Position numbers and translations under genes: made by a program
In this document: piece after piece, positions 44,211-53,749 of the stretch
Layout of the letters: every line of letters begins with the position of its first letter
How positions within the stretch are numbered: the stretch's first letter is position 1
Notes under the pieces: model-generated
Told to the model about the DNA's origin: nothing
The model's database searches: none
What the model saw: the letters and a program-made list of their open reading frames with translations, nothing else
Source of the DNA: Bdellovibrio sp.
GTDB taxonomy: Bacteria > UBA10199 > 2-02-FULL-44-16 > DYJF01
Assembly (NCBI GenBank): GCA_020723205.1
Contig: DYJF01000003.1
Coordinates: 1-61,645 of the forward strand
Direction of reading: 5' to 3'
Length of the DNA stretch: 61,645 nt

Positions 44211-46132
44211 AAAGTGCGCTCTTCAAATGCGAGAGAGAGATCGTCGCCGCCTTCGCCGAGGTCTTAATCCCGCTTCAAGCTTCAAGCGAAGAGATGCCGC
44301 GCCTTCTTGATAGCGTGGACGGGCACGTCGCTCTAATGACGCGCGAGATGCGATTCCTTTTCCGCCTCTGCCTCTGGGTGTTCGAGCTTTCTGCTTTTTT
44401 CTATTACGGAAAGATGCGGCTAATGAGCCGCATGGACGTATCATTGCGGGTCCGCTACGTTGCGGCGTGGCACCACACGTGGTGGTCGGTCAAGAGGACG
44501 ATGAAGAGATATCTGGAAACCATCGTCTTTATGAACTATTACGGTCTGCCCGATGTCGCCGAAAAGGTCTGCGGTTTCACTCCCGAATTCGCGCCGCCCC
44601 TAGGTACGTGCGATTTTCCGTCGGTAAATCTAGTCACCTCAATTCCGGAAGCGGATATCGATGAAGAAGTGGACGTCTGCGTGATCGGTTCCGGCGCCGG
44701 CGGCTCGGTCGTCGCCAAGGAGCTCGCGGAAAAAGGCCGCTCCGTTATCGTTCTGGAAGAGGGAGGATTTTTTACCGGCGCCGACGTCAAAAAGGACGTC
44801 GTCGCGCAGATGAAGCGTTTCTACCGGAACGGAGGCGTGGTCAACACGTTCGGGTGGCCGGCGATACTCGTCCCGGTCGGCTGCTGCGTGGGTGGGACGA
44901 CGTTCATCAATTCGGGGACGTGTTTCCGCACGCCCGACCCCGTCTTCGAAAGATGGGTGGCCGAGTTCGGGCTGACCGGATGGTCCCCGTTCCACATGCG
45001 GACGAGTTACGAGGCGGTGGAGAAGGTGATGCCCCCCGCAGCTGCCGAAGAAAAAGTGCAGAGCAGGGCGGCTACGCTCTTTGAAACGGGGCTCAAGAAA
45101 ATGGGGCACAAGCTCATGCCGCTCGCGCGCAACGCGCCGAAATGCTGCGGCAGCGGGACCTGTCCGTTCGGCTGCCCCACGAACGCCAAGCAGTCCATGC
45201 AGCTCAACTACATCCCTCTGGCGCTTCAGGCGGGGGCCAGGGTCTATGCGAACTGCAGGGCGAAGCGGATTGTCTACGGCAAAAGGCACGCGACCGAGGT
45301 CATAGGCGAGTTCTTCGACAGAAAGGAAGGGAAGAGAGGGGCGCTCATCAGGGTGAAGGCAAAGGCGATAGTTGTGGCGTGCGGCTCGCTTCACACTCCG
45401 CTGCTTCTCAATTCTTCCGGCATTCCCGACGTGAGCGGACAGATAGGAAAGAACCTGACGCTTCATCCGGCGGCGAAGGTGATGGCGCTCTTCGACGACG
45501 ACGTTCGCGGCTGGCGCGGTATCCCGCAGGGTTATTTCTGCGACGCGCTGGTGCCGGAAGGCGTGATGCTCGAAGGAATTTTTTTGCCGCCCGCTTTCAC
45601 CGCTTCGACCCTTCTTTTGACGGGGGCGGCCCACCGAGCCGCGATGGGGTCCTACAACCGGCTCGCGATGTTCGGCATGATGGTCTCCGACACGACGCGG
45701 GGCGCGGTCTTGAAGGGCTTCAGGGGGCAGCCGATCGCGGTTTACAACATAAACCGGCATGACCTCCCCAAATACAGGCGCGGCATACGATTCTTGGCTG
45801 ACGCCTTCTTCGAGGCGGGCGCCAGAAAATTGTTCCTGCCGTTCCACACGCTGCCGGAGGTCTCGCGCGAAGAGGGCGTGGGCCCCATCATCGAGCACCG
45901 GCTGCGCAACAAGGACTTGGACCTTCAGGCGTTCCATCCGCTGGGAACGTGCAGGATGGGCGCCGATCCGCGCGAGGCGGTCCTCGATCCGAACGCGCGT
46001 CTCTACGGACTGGACAATCTGTTCGTCGCCGACGGCTCCATTTTCCCGACGTCGCTCGGAGTCAATCCCATGCTGACGATCATGGCCGCCGCATACAAAA
46101 TCTCGAACACGATAAACAGGGATATCCTGTGA
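44207..46132 (+). CDS. GMC-family FAD-dependent oxidoreductase with N-terminal extension
   Basis: Rossmann motif VCVIGSGAGGSVVAKELAEKG…VLEEG and a C-terminal GMC pattern (HPLGTCRMG, LFVADGSIFPTS). Confidence 0.8.
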   Translation: MKSALFKCEREIVAAFAEVLIPLQASSEEMPRLLDSVDGHVALMTREMRFLFRLCLWVFELSAFFYYGKMRLMSRMDVSLRVRYVAAWHHTWWSVKRTMKRYLETIVFMNYYGLPDVAEKVCGFTPEFAPPLGTCDFPSVNLVTSIPEADIDEEVDVCVIGSGAGGSVVAKELAEKGRSVIVLEEGGFFTGADVKKDVVAQMKRFYRNGGVVNTFGWPAILVPVGCCVGGTTFINSGTCFRTPDPVFERWVAEFGLTGWSPFHMRTSYEAVEKVMPPAAAEEKVQSRAATLFETGLKKMGHKLMPLARNAPKCCGSGTCPFGCPTNAKQSMQLNYIPLALQAGARVYANCRAKRIVYGKRHATEVIGEFFDRKEGKRGALIRVKAKAIVVACGSLHTPLLLNSSGIPDVSGQIGKNLTLHPAAKVMALFDDDVRGWRGIPQGYFCDALVPEGVMLEGIFLPPAFTASTLLLTGAAHRAAMGSYNRLAMFGMMVSDTTRGAVLKGFRGQPIAVYNINRHDLPKYRRGIRFLADAFFEAGARKLFLPFHTLPEVSREEGVGPIIEHRLRNKDLDLQAFHPLGTCRMGADPREAVLDPNARLYGLDNLFVADGSIFPTSLGVNPMLTIMAAAYKISNTINRDIL

Positions 46133-46136
46133 TATC

Positions 46137-46754
46137 ATGAAGACGATAATCAGCCCCGACACGAAAAGAGAGAACAGGGTCCCGCCCGGACAGCATCTCA
46201 CGAAAAAATGGCCGGTGCTTCAGTGCGGAAGCGTGCCGAAGGTGGACGCATCGAACTGGATCCTGAAGATTAGGGGTCTTGTTGAGAAGGAGCGCGAGAT
46301 GTCCTTGGGCGAGTTCACGGCCCTCCCGCGCGTGAAGGTGTTCTGCGACATGCACTGCGTGACCACATGGTCGAAACTGGACAACACCTTCGAAGGCGTA
46401 GCCACTTCGGTCGTCAGGGACCTTGTGAAGATCAGGCCGGAAGCAGGGCACGTCATGGTGCACGGTCTTGTCGACTGGTCGACTAACATACCGCTCGATG
46501 AGTTCTTCGCCGAGGACTGCCTCTTTGCGATCAAACATGACGATAGGCCGATCGACGTGGATCACGGCGCGCCCATCCGTCTCATCGTGCCGCGCCTGTA
46601 TCTCTGGAAGAGCGCCAAATGGGTCACCGACCTTGAGTTCGTCGCCCTGGAAAGGCCGGGTTTTTGGGAGCAGCGCGGCTATCACATCCACGGCGATCCG
46701 TGGAAGGAAGAGAGATATTCCGAACCGCCCGACATGTCAGGCAGCGGGATATAA
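46137..46754 (+). CDS. Molybdopterin-dependent oxidoreductase (sulfite-oxidase-like catalytic domain)
   Basis: 205 aa: …W.L.I.GLVE…SL.EF..LP…DMHCVT.WS…, and …HGAPIRLIVP..Y.WKSAKWV. This fits the YuiH/MsrP-like pattern. Confidence 0.7.
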   Translation: MKTIISPDTKRENRVPPGQHLTKKWPVLQCGSVPKVDASNWILKIRGLVEKEREMSLGEFTALPRVKVFCDMHCVTTWSKLDNTFEGVATSVVRDLVKIRPEAGHVMVHGLVDWSTNIPLDEFFAEDCLFAIKHDDRPIDVDHGAPIRLIVPRLYLWKSAKWVTDLEFVALERPGFWEQRGYHIHGDPWKEERYSEPPDMSGSGI

Positions 46755-46783
46755 GCGAGAGGAAATGAAAGGGAGGGTAATCA

Positions 46784-47692
46784 TCAGTCCTCGAAAGTGT
46801 AAACGAACAGGCCGCTTGAAAGTTTCGGCGCGAACCATGTGGATTTCGGCGGCATGATCCCTTTGCGATCCGCAAGATCCATGATGTCGGACATTGTCAC
46901 ATCCGCAAGGGGCCTTTTTAGAGGGTCGCCGCTCCAGTCGTAGCGATAGACGCGCACTTCGTCATCGGGGAATATCACCGCAGGAAAGAAGTTGTATCTC
47001 TCGTCTCCGCGATGGTCCTTCGACTCTTTTCTGATCATCGCGCGGACACGAGAGGCCGCGGCGCTTCGATGGTGTCCATCGGCGATATAGAGCGCGCCCA
47101 CGCGCGAAAAAACGTTCGTTATGTCGGCCGTCGCCTTCGCACGCCACAGTACGTGCCTTACGCCGTTCCCGTCAGTGATGTCGTAGATGGGTTTGTCCGC
47201 CGTCTCGGAAGCGATCAGGCGTTTTATCTCGCCGGTCGAGCGGAAGACGATGATGACCGGCTCCGGATGCGCCCTCATCTTGTAGGCCAGCCGCGTGCGG
47301 TCGTCCTCCTTTTCCTTGCGAGTCTTCTCGTGCCGGCGGATGAGCTCCGAATCATATTCGTCCACCGACGTGCCGCAGACTAGACCGGTCTGCGAATGCG
47401 TCCCGCTTTCGAGCCGATATACGAAAAAGGATTCCCTGCCGCGCGCGAGCCAGCCGTTCTCCAAGAAGTTCGTCAAATTCCGCGCGGCGGTCTCATAGAC
47501 GCGGTCGTCATATTCGCCGGTGCCGGGCGGAAGGTCCACCTCGGCTCTCGTGACGTGAAGAAGGGAATGGGGGTTGTCTGCCGCAAGATCTCTTGCCTCC
47601 TCCGGGCCAATGACGTCATACGGCGGGCACGCGACGAGACGCGCGATATCCGCTCTCGGCAACAGCGCGGGAAAAGGGATTATCTTTGACAT
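46784..47692 (-). CDS. DUF1015-family protein (short form)
   Basis: N-terminus IIPFPALLP…PPYDVI…, then ADGHHRSAAA and the C-terminal …PKSTWFAPKLSSGL. This matches the DUF1015 pattern. At 302 aa it appears shorter than I recall for the family. Confidence 0.7.
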   Translation of the reverse strand: MSKIIPFPALLPRADIARLVACPPYDVIGPEEARDLAADNPHSLLHVTRAEVDLPPGTGEYDDRVYETAARNLTNFLENGWLARGRESFFVYRLESGTHSQTGLVCGTSVDEYDSELIRRHEKTRKEKEDDRTRLAYKMRAHPEPVIIVFRSTGEIKRLIASETADKPIYDITDGNGVRHVLWRAKATADITNVFSRVGALYIADGHHRSAAASRVRAMIRKESKDHRGDERYNFFPAVIFPDDEVRVYRYDWSGDPLKRPLADVTMSDIMDLADRKGIMPPKSTWFAPKLSSGLFVYTFED

Positions 47693-47723
47693 GACGAGGG
47701 GTTTATTGAATATATCTTTTTAT

Positions 47724-48797
47724 ATGTCAACAAAACGCATCTACAACTTTAACGCAGGACCCGCAGTGCTGCCGCTGGAGGTGCTTGAGGAGATCCGTTC
47801 GGGCTTCATGGAGTTCGGCGGCATGTCCATCTTCGAGATCAGCCATCGCTCGAAGAAGTTCGGCGCCATCCTCGAGGAGACAGAGAATTTAGTCGTCGAG
47901 CTCATGGGCGTTCCCAAGAACTACCGGGTCCTTTTTCTGCAGGGCGGCGCCTCTTTGCAGTTCGCGATGGTGCCGATGAACCTGATGGATAAGACCGCCG
48001 ATTACGCGTTGACCGGAAGCTGGTCCAAAAAGGCGCTTGCCGAGGCGAAGGTCGTCGGCGCTCCACGTGCGGCCTTTTCCTCGGAGGAGACGAAGTTTTC
48101 CCGGACGCCCGCCTCTTCGGAGATAGACATGGGAAGAGACTCAAGTTATCTCCACATCACTTCGAACAATACGATCTACGGAACGCAGTATCACGCGTTC
48201 CCTGAAACGGGAGACGTGCCGCTCGTCGCCGACATGTCGTCCGACATCCTTTCCCGAGCCGTGGACGTTTCGCGCTTCGGCCTCATCTACGCAGGCGCGC
48301 AGAAAAATCTCGGGCCGGCCGGCGTCACGCTGGTGGCGATCCGCGAGGATCTGGCCGGGCGCAATTACCGCGGGCTTCCGGCGATGCTTCGCTACTCGAC
48401 GCATGTCGAGAACAATTCCCTCTATAACACCCCTCCGGTCTTTGCGATATACGCCGTGGGGCTCGTGCTTAAGTGGCTCAAGCGTCAGGGGGGAGTTGCG
48501 AAGATGGAGCAGGTGAACAGCCGGAAGGCGGCCCTTATATATGATGTGCTCGACCGCTCGACCTTCTACAGGAGCCATGCCGATAAGCAGAGCCGCTCTT
48601 TCATGAACGTCGTCTTTACGCTTCCAAGCGACGAGCTCACTTCTAAGTTCATTGCGAAGGCGGAAGAGAACGACATGGCGGGCCTCAAGGGGCACAGATC
48701 GGTGGGCGGCATCCGCGCCTCCATCTACAACGCTTTTCCCATGGACGGAGTAGAGGCCCTTGCGCAATTCATGCGGGAATTCGAAAGGACACGATGA
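47724..48797 (+). CDS. serC: Phosphoserine aminotransferase
   Basis: Start MSTKRIYNFNAGPAVLP at 47724. Contains GAQKNLGPAGVT (PLP Lys region). The ORF-track extension to 47574 overlaps the divergent gene and is rejected. Confidence 0.92.
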   Translation: MSTKRIYNFNAGPAVLPLEVLEEIRSGFMEFGGMSIFEISHRSKKFGAILEETENLVVELMGVPKNYRVLFLQGGASLQFAMVPMNLMDKTADYALTGSWSKKALAEAKVVGAPRAAFSSEETKFSRTPASSEIDMGRDSSYLHITSNNTIYGTQYHAFPETGDVPLVADMSSDILSRAVDVSRFGLIYAGAQKNLGPAGVTLVAIREDLAGRNYRGLPAMLRYSTHVENNSLYNTPPVFAIYAVGLVLKWLKRQGGVAKMEQVNSRKAALIYDVLDRSTFYRSHADKQSRSFMNVVFTLPSDELTSKFIAKAEENDMAGLKGHRSVGGIRASIYNAFPMDGVEALAQFMREFERTR

Positions 48798-50365
48798 GAT
48801 ACAAGGTACTGTGCACCGACGGCTTTGGGAAAGCGGGTCTCGAAGAGTTGGAGCGGTCGGCGCTGATCGAGGTCGTATTCGAGAAATCGCTCACGCACGA
48901 GGAACTGGTGGCTAAGATCGCGCCCTATGACGGGCTCATCGTGCGCAGCGCCTCTGAAGTCTCCCGTGACGTCATAGAGGCGGGCGCGAATCTCAAGGTA
49001 GTTGCGCGCGCAGGGGTGGGGACGGACAACATCGATCTCGACGCGGCGACCGAAAAGGGAATATTTGTCGTCAACGCCCCCGCGGGCAATACTACGTCCA
49101 CTGCCGAGCTCACGTTCGCGATGATCCTTGCCCTCTCGCGGCACATACCACAGGCCGCGCACGCGATGACGGAAGGGCGGTGGGAGAAGAAGAAGTTCAT
49201 GGGTGCGGAGCTTGCGGGCAAGATCTTGGGCGTCATCGGTTTCGGGCGCATCGGCCGCGAGGTCGCAAGGCGCGCGAGGAGCTTTCAAATGAACGTCATG
49301 GCGTTTGATCCCTATCTGAACGATGCGCAATTTGGAACGTCCGGTGCCGATCCTGCCCGGCTCGAGGATATCTACCGGAACGCCGATTACATAACCGTCC
49401 ATACGCCGCTGACGGATGAGACACGGAATCTCATCGCCGGCCGCGAACTCTCCATGATGAAGCGCACGGCGTATATCGTCAATTGCGCCCGCGGCGGCAT
49501 AGTGAACGAGGAGGACCTCGCGGCGGCCTTAAAGAACGGAACGATCGCCGGAGCGGCGCTCGATGTCTTCACGGAGGAGCCCTTCAAGAGGCCCGTTTTT
49601 CAGAACTTGGAGAACGTCATTCTCACCCCCCACCTCGGCGCTTCGACGCGCGAGGCGCAGGATGCCGTGGCGGTCGAGGCGGCGCTGGCCGTCGTCGGAT
49701 TTTTCAGCGAAGGAATGAGCTTGGGCGCGGTCAATCTGGACGTGGCCGTGCGCCATGCCGAGGGGCTGAAACCCCGCATTGAACTCGCGGAAAAACTTGG
49801 CCGGCTCGTCTCCCAGTTGAGCGGGGGCCGTATCAACAAGCTCACGATACTTAGCTCACAGGCATCGGCCAACGTCCTCGCCCTCTCCGCCGTCAAGGGC
49901 GCTCTCGCAGCATGTCAGGGAAGACAGGTAACTCTCGTCAATGCGGCGGCGGTCGCAAAGGATATGGGCGTAGCGGTCGCTCAAGAGACCGTCGAAGAGC
50001 GGCAGGATTTCGCGAACGCCTTCGGTATAGCGGTGGAGGCGCAGGGCGGCAGGCAGGAGGTCTGGGGGACCATACTTCAGGACGGAACGCCGCAAATTGT
50101 CTCACTCAATAGTTATCGCGTGGAGATCATACCGAGGGGACAGATGCTCTTGATCCAGAACAGCGACCGGCCCGGCGTGATAGGCAGGATAAGCTCGGTC
50201 CTCGGGAACGCGGGCGTCAATATCGCGGAGATGCAGAACGTCCGTAACAAGAGGGGGGCCGATGCCCTGACGGTGATCAGGGTGGACGACGGCGTGGATG
50301 GGGAGGTCCTGGCCGTGATCGGAAAGGATGAGGCCGTCATCAAGGCATGGCACGTGAGTCTGTAA
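48794..50365 (+). CDS. serA: D-3-phosphoglycerate dehydrogenase (long form with ASB and ACT domains)
   Basis: 523 aa with NAD motif GVIGFGRIGREVA, catalytic region …NCARGG…HLGAST and a C-terminal ACT domain. ATGA overlap with serC. Confidence 0.92.
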   Translation: MRYKVLCTDGFGKAGLEELERSALIEVVFEKSLTHEELVAKIAPYDGLIVRSASEVSRDVIEAGANLKVVARAGVGTDNIDLDAATEKGIFVVNAPAGNTTSTAELTFAMILALSRHIPQAAHAMTEGRWEKKKFMGAELAGKILGVIGFGRIGREVARRARSFQMNVMAFDPYLNDAQFGTSGADPARLEDIYRNADYITVHTPLTDETRNLIAGRELSMMKRTAYIVNCARGGIVNEEDLAAALKNGTIAGAALDVFTEEPFKRPVFQNLENVILTPHLGASTREAQDAVAVEAALAVVGFFSEGMSLGAVNLDVAVRHAEGLKPRIELAEKLGRLVSQLSGGRINKLTILSSQASANVLALSAVKGALAACQGRQVTLVNAAAVAKDMGVAVAQETVEERQDFANAFGIAVEAQGGRQEVWGTILQDGTPQIVSLNSYRVEIIPRGQMLLIQNSDRPGVIGRISSVLGNAGVNIAEMQNVRNKRGADALTVIRVDDGVDGEVLAVIGKDEAVIKAWHVSL

Positions 50366-50416
50366 AATGGCGGTTATGAAGCCGCAGAGTCCGTCAAAAT
50401 AACTAAGTAAAAGAGA

Positions 50417-50443
50417 GCAACTTTTCAGACCCCCGACCGAAAA
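50417..50443 (+). promoter_or_regulatory. Alternative-sigma-type promoter motif, copy 3 of 4 (GCAACTT-N13-CCGAAAA)
   Basis: Ends 9 nt before the ATG at 50453, so the transcript would be leaderless or nearly so. Confidence 0.45.
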
Positions 50444-50452
50444 GGGGGGAGG

Positions 50453-51766
50453 ATGACCACACTGGAAAGGACATACAGCAGCATCAACCATTATAAGGGC
50501 TCGTTACTCCCCATATACGAAGAGGTCTGCGGCGATACCGCGACCTATCCGGGTGTCGAGGACGGTTTCGAGCGCTATCTTTCGCGCACGCAGTTTGAAC
50601 AGCCCCAAAGTGTAGACGTCAAATACCTCACTGCAGCGCCCGCCGACGCTGCGGCCGTCTTCCAAAAATTTCTGGGTGGCGGCAAGAACTGCCCCGACGG
50701 ATCGCTTCGCGGGCGGGCCCGCATGAACGCCTTATCGCTCAGCAGCGCGGCCAGAGGCAGCGTGGCTCAGGGGTCCGACGGGAGCGTCGTTTACGTTCCG
50801 GATCTCGCTTCGCTCTATCTCGCGTGGCAGCGTTTTCTCCCGGAATATCTTCAAAACATCTGGGCCGCTCACGCCGCTGTCGAAAGGTACATGGACGATC
50901 CGAACCTCGATCTCATGACGCTGGCCGAAATACGGAGGGCGGCGGGCCGCTCCGAGATAATGGCCTCGGAAATGTATAATGAGGTGGTCCCGCTCATGAA
51001 ATCCTTTAGGGATCGCTCGTGGCAGTGGATCTCCGCCGCATCCCAGTTCGCCAAGATCAATAACTTCCGGTCGCTGGTCCTGCTCTTGCTGGAGAGTGGT
51101 CGATCGGGGCCGTCCTTCGAAGAGGACCTTGAGTTCTATGCCGGCACGTTCATGTCGGCGGTGCGAGGTCTCCGTGATCCCTTCGACTGGGTGAAGAGGG
51201 TCACGGATGACGTGATCAAGGTGGTAGCGCCCAACGTCCGGTTGCGATGGCCCAAGGAAACGCCCGTAATCGAAACCGCGGATCCGCACACGTTCTACCG
51301 TCTCCTTGACCAGATCACCGCTTGGGTGGTCGAGAGCTCTTTCGGCAGGGAGGGATACGTTCTGGAGTTCAAGTGGGACGGTTTTAAAAAGAGATTCGTT
51401 GCGATAGTGCCCTCTGCGACCGAGCCGCCTCTCGTGGTGCGACACCTCTTGGAGCGTCTGAAAGGGGAGTTCACGCTCGACAAAGAGGCCGGCACCGTCT
51501 GGCTAAGCGTGCCGGTCAAGGTCATATCTAAGCCGTCATCCCCCGTGAACGGGGACAGCGGCGGCGGTAGCGGGCCAGAAGGCGACGAGCCGGTCCCCGT
51601 TGTGAACGGCCTGGCGACGGCCGGCGAATCGTTGTTGCCGGTTCAAGGCGCCCTGCAGGCCAACTTCCGCGGCGGTGCGAGCTTCTTCGGTATGGCGCGG
51701 CCGCAGCAATTCATACTCATACCGCAGCATTTGAACACGTTCCCCCTCTCGCCCGCCGTTCAATAA
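50453..51766 (+). CDS. Hypothetical protein D (437 aa); C-terminal third weakly resembles a degenerate GHKL/HATPase-like fold, followed by a Gly/Pro linker and a tail related to protein A
   Basis: Long ORF with no clear family. …ADPHTFYRLLDQITAWVVES…VLEFKWDG…FVAIVPS…GTVWLSVPV is reminiscent of a histidine-kinase ATPase-domain layout without the G-boxes. Confidence 0.55.
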   Translation: MTTLERTYSSINHYKGSLLPIYEEVCGDTATYPGVEDGFERYLSRTQFEQPQSVDVKYLTAAPADAAAVFQKFLGGGKNCPDGSLRGRARMNALSLSSAARGSVAQGSDGSVVYVPDLASLYLAWQRFLPEYLQNIWAAHAAVERYMDDPNLDLMTLAEIRRAAGRSEIMASEMYNEVVPLMKSFRDRSWQWISAASQFAKINNFRSLVLLLLESGRSGPSFEEDLEFYAGTFMSAVRGLRDPFDWVKRVTDDVIKVVAPNVRLRWPKETPVIETADPHTFYRLLDQITAWVVESSFGREGYVLEFKWDGFKKRFVAIVPSATEPPLVVRHLLERLKGEFTLDKEAGTVWLSVPVKVISKPSSPVNGDSGGGSGPEGDEPVPVVNGLATAGESLLPVQGALQANFRGGASFFGMARPQQFILIPQHLNTFPLSPAVQ

Positions 51767-51858
51767 ATACGACAAATTCATCGTAATATATACTTATGAT
51801 ACAGTGTATTATAAGCGATATATAAGGTTATACCTTAGATCGTTCCAGACGAAAAAAG

Positions 51859-51885
51859 GCAACTTTTACGACTTTTTGCCGAAAA
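51859..51885 (+). promoter_or_regulatory. Alternative-sigma-type promoter motif, copy 4 of 4 (GCAACTT-N13-CCGAAAA)
   Basis: Lies in the AT-rich intergenic region, 49 nt before the ATG at 51935. Followed by GTGAGGGAGCA at 51892-51902. Confidence 0.5.
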
Positions 51886-51934
51886 TAATCGGTGAGGGAG
51901 CAAAAGGGGGAGTTTCATCGATCGGGGAGCAAAA

Positions 51935-52360
51935 ATGTCAGTAAATCCTGTAGAGATCATTAACAAGTGGATGGGAACGCATTTCGGAGGGAGTTCGGAC
52001 GTCGTCCTTGACTGTCCGGAGGCGGCGGTGGAGTGCGATGAAGCGGTCCTCGAGTGCTCGGTCCAAAGCGATGTGGCGGCGGGCAATGTCTGTGTGTTCA
52101 CGAACGAAGCCGGCGTGTCGCCCACGACCATTGATATCTTCCGCTCGGACGGCCAGACGAGGCGGTTCCTCATCAATCCCGCCTTTCTGACCATGTCCTT
52201 TGAAGAGCGTGTTGATCATATGACCCCCGTTCGGCCGGAACTGTTCGAAGACGATATATCCGAAAAAGTGGCTGGCGCGCATAGGGACATAGAGTTCGCA
52301 TCGTTCTTCGACAGCTATCTCAAGCCGGTTGCGACATTCGCCGGATTTCTCTTGCAGTAG
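51935..52360 (+). CDS. Hypothetical protein E (141 aa)
   Basis: GGGGAGcaaaaATG start. Small acidic protein with no family recognised. Confidence 0.55.
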   Translation: MSVNPVEIINKWMGTHFGGSSDVVLDCPEAAVECDEAVLECSVQSDVAAGNVCVFTNEAGVSPTTIDIFRSDGQTRRFLINPAFLTMSFEERVDHMTPVRPELFEDDISEKVAGAHRDIEFASFFDSYLKPVATFAGFLLQ

Positions 52361-52378
52361 GGCGCATTGCTGATAGGT

Positions 52379-52600
52379 ATGAGTAGCGACGAAGAACCGG
52401 AAGCGCACGCGGCTCCTCAATATCCGCACGAGTTTCCCGCGGACGGAGGCGACGGCGCGGTTCTGGACCATCTTTCAGTGGAAACTGCAGAGCCGGAGCC
52501 GGTAGCAACAGCAATTGAAGAGGACAGGCCAAGGCGAAGGGTCAGCCATCTCCCGTCAGGTTATTCAGCGGATGGCGAAGTTTTAAGATATCTCCCCTAG
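52379..52600 (+). CDS. Hypothetical small acidic, probably disordered protein F (73 aa)
   Basis: This is the only ORF filling the gap between E and G on the same strand. Composition is E/D/P/A-rich. The start is uncertain (52367 or 52379). Confidence 0.35.
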   Translation: MSSDEEPEAHAAPQYPHEFPADGGDGAVLDHLSVETAEPEPVATAIEEDRPRRRVSHLPSGYSADGEVLRYLP

Positions 52601-52607
52601 CACTACT

Positions 52608-53177
52608 ATGGAACTTCTAGGCAAAGTATCAAAGGTCGATTGCGATGTCACGCCCGCCTCGCAGCGGTTGTCGGTATCCCTCTACAAGCTCGTCTGCGGC
52701 AATGACGGAGCGTACGCCTATGTCGACGAGGTCGCCGGTGCTCTTCTCGCCGACCAGCGCTTCGCGGAGGTGCAGATCATCAATGAGATGCTGATGAAGG
52801 ACGCGTATGCGGGCGCGTACTACAGGTCGTTCGGCGAAGAGGCGCTTGTCGTACTTGATTGCGCGCGGGCCTTCGGCGGCATCTGCGTCATCAATCCGTG
52901 GAACGAAACGTTCATTCATATCACGACATTTCGTCCGAGGTCCGGCCACATACGGGACGAGATATGGATGCAGCCATGGTATTTTCTTGAGAACCAAACC
53001 CCTACTTTTGAGATCGAGGGAGATATGAACCAGTCCGTTCTCAACGCCGCATCAATGGTAGTGGAGTCCCGCTATTACTTTGACCATCCCGAAGCGAGGC
53101 CCCCCGAAACGCCGGACGCCGGGCAGGACGCCGGCGGCCAGAGCGCCGTTGACCGCATATTCTCCTATGGCCGTTGA
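52608..53177 (+). CDS. Hypothetical protein G (189 aa)
   Basis: ORF with coding-like composition, same strand, 7 nt after F. No family recognised. Confidence 0.5.
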   Translation: MELLGKVSKVDCDVTPASQRLSVSLYKLVCGNDGAYAYVDEVAGALLADQRFAEVQIINEMLMKDAYAGAYYRSFGEEALVVLDCARAFGGICVINPWNETFIHITTFRPRSGHIRDEIWMQPWYFLENQTPTFEIEGDMNQSVLNAASMVVESRYYFDHPEARPPETPDAGQDAGGQSAVDRIFSYGR

Positions 53178-53209
53178 CAGGCCCGTCTCCCGCGTGCTTT
53201 AAGATCCCC

Positions 53210-53749
53210 ATGGAAGAGTTGATCCGCAGATTGCTCTTGGAACTTGGCGAGGACCCGTCGCGCGAAGGCCTCAAGAAAACTCCGGCGCGGGTCAAGGATT
53301 CTCTCCGTTTCTTGACCGAGGGTTATGCGCAGGACCCCAAAAAACTCATCGAAAATTCCGTCTATTCCGACAAACACGAAGAGATGGTTCTGATCAAAGA
53401 CATTCCTTTGTATAGCCTATGTGAGCATCACATGCTGCCTTTCTTCGGCCACGCGCACGTTGCATATATCCCCAATGAAAAGATTGTCGGCATCTCGAAG
53501 ATCGCGCGCATGGTGGATTTGTTTGCCCGTCGTCTTCAAGTGCAAGAACGTCTCACGAATCAAATTGCAAATACGTTGATGGAGACCCTTGGTCCCAAAG
53601 GAGTTGCCTGCGTCATCGAGGCCGAGCATCTGTGCATGCAGATGAGAGGCGTCCAGAAGCGCGGCACCGCGATCATCACTTCCGCAATGCTCGGCGCGTT
53701 CAGGTCCCGTCCGGAGACGCGCGCCGAGTTCATGAACCTCATTAAATAG
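53210..53749 (+). CDS. folE: GTP cyclohydrolase I (FolE type 1)
   Basis: 179 aa: [13 protein letters not shown]…, [26 protein letters not shown]. The start is set at MEELIRRLL. Confidence 0.93.
   Translation: MEELIRRLLLELGEDPSREGLKKTPARVKDSLRFLTEGYAQDPKKLIENSVYSDKHEEMVLIKDIPLYSLCEHHMLPFFGHAHVAYIPNEKIVGISKIARMVDLFARRLQVQERLTNQIANTLMETLGPKGVACVIEAEHLCMQMRGVQKRGTAIITSAMLGAFRSRPETRAEFMNLIK

Noticed and set aside
48579-48586. GCCGATAA box inside serC as a fifth copy of the alternative-sigma motif.
   Set aside because: It lies inside a coding region. The upstream element is ACCTTC at the wrong spacing and lacks the GCAAC core. It is probably a chance match to the short -10-like word.
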